Source: Octopus sinensis (taxonomy: Eukaryota). From it: DNA of 64,000 nucleotides. Below are positions 63,782 through 64,000 of the stretch, piece after piece. Under the pieces are notes generated by a model, which saw nothing but the letters and a program-made list of their open reading frames with translations, ran no database searches and was not told where the DNA came from. The position numbers and the translations under genes are program-made. Each line of letters opens with the position of its first letter. The stretch's first letter is position 1. The stretch is from NCBI RefSeq assembly GCF_006345805.1, contig NC_042998.1, positions 139,934,001 through 139,998,000 on the forward strand, in the 5' to 3' direction.

Positions 63782-64000
63782 CCCTTTCGTTACTGTATTT
63801 ATTTTGAGATGTTCTGTGTTTCTTTCAATAATTTTAAATATAAGAAAGAATTTAGTAAAATAACTCAGTTATCATTCAGCTAGTGTTAGGAACATAAATT
63901 GTGACTAAGGTTTGGTGGTATATTTTAATGCAAAACTTATGAAAACAAGACATTTATACTACAGAGCCAGAGCCGGTTTTGGCCGGACTGGTAACGAAAG
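63782..64000. mobile_element. piggyBac-type MITE, second family, runs off the window end
   Basis: ttaa|ccctttcgttac ... gtaacgaaag at the window end. Confidence 0.7.

Overview
AT-rich, repeat-dense animal genomic DNA, most likely from an octopus. That assignment is inferred from the tRNA-derived SINE and RTE repertoire and the (TA)n/(CAT)n/(CA)n microsatellites, and is not verified. The window appears to lie inside one large plus-strand gene: seven small exons (5687-5740, 29156-29316, 42430-42517, 52231-52327, 54626-54657, 57434-57503, 60550-60599) have canonical splice sites and join in compatible phases into 184 stop-free codons of a protein I cannot identify. The introns carry a young 5'-truncated RTE LINE (680 aa open frame with a PHD-like finger inside the RT region), decayed mariners, MITEs (Tc1/mariner, hAT, piggyBac types), a Gypsy integrase remnant and many SINEs. 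The most striking structure is a ~3.9 kb near-perfect palindrome of two head-to-head Penelope-like elements (RT + GIY-YIG) whose 3' ends point outward into (TA)n tracts; each arm has an E-box/CCAAT/E2F/TATA cluster and a variant hammerhead-like motif. A smaller fold-back with the same architecture and several other minimal hammerhead ribozyme motifs are scattered through the introns. Most short ORFs in the supplied track are microsatellite or SINE artefacts.
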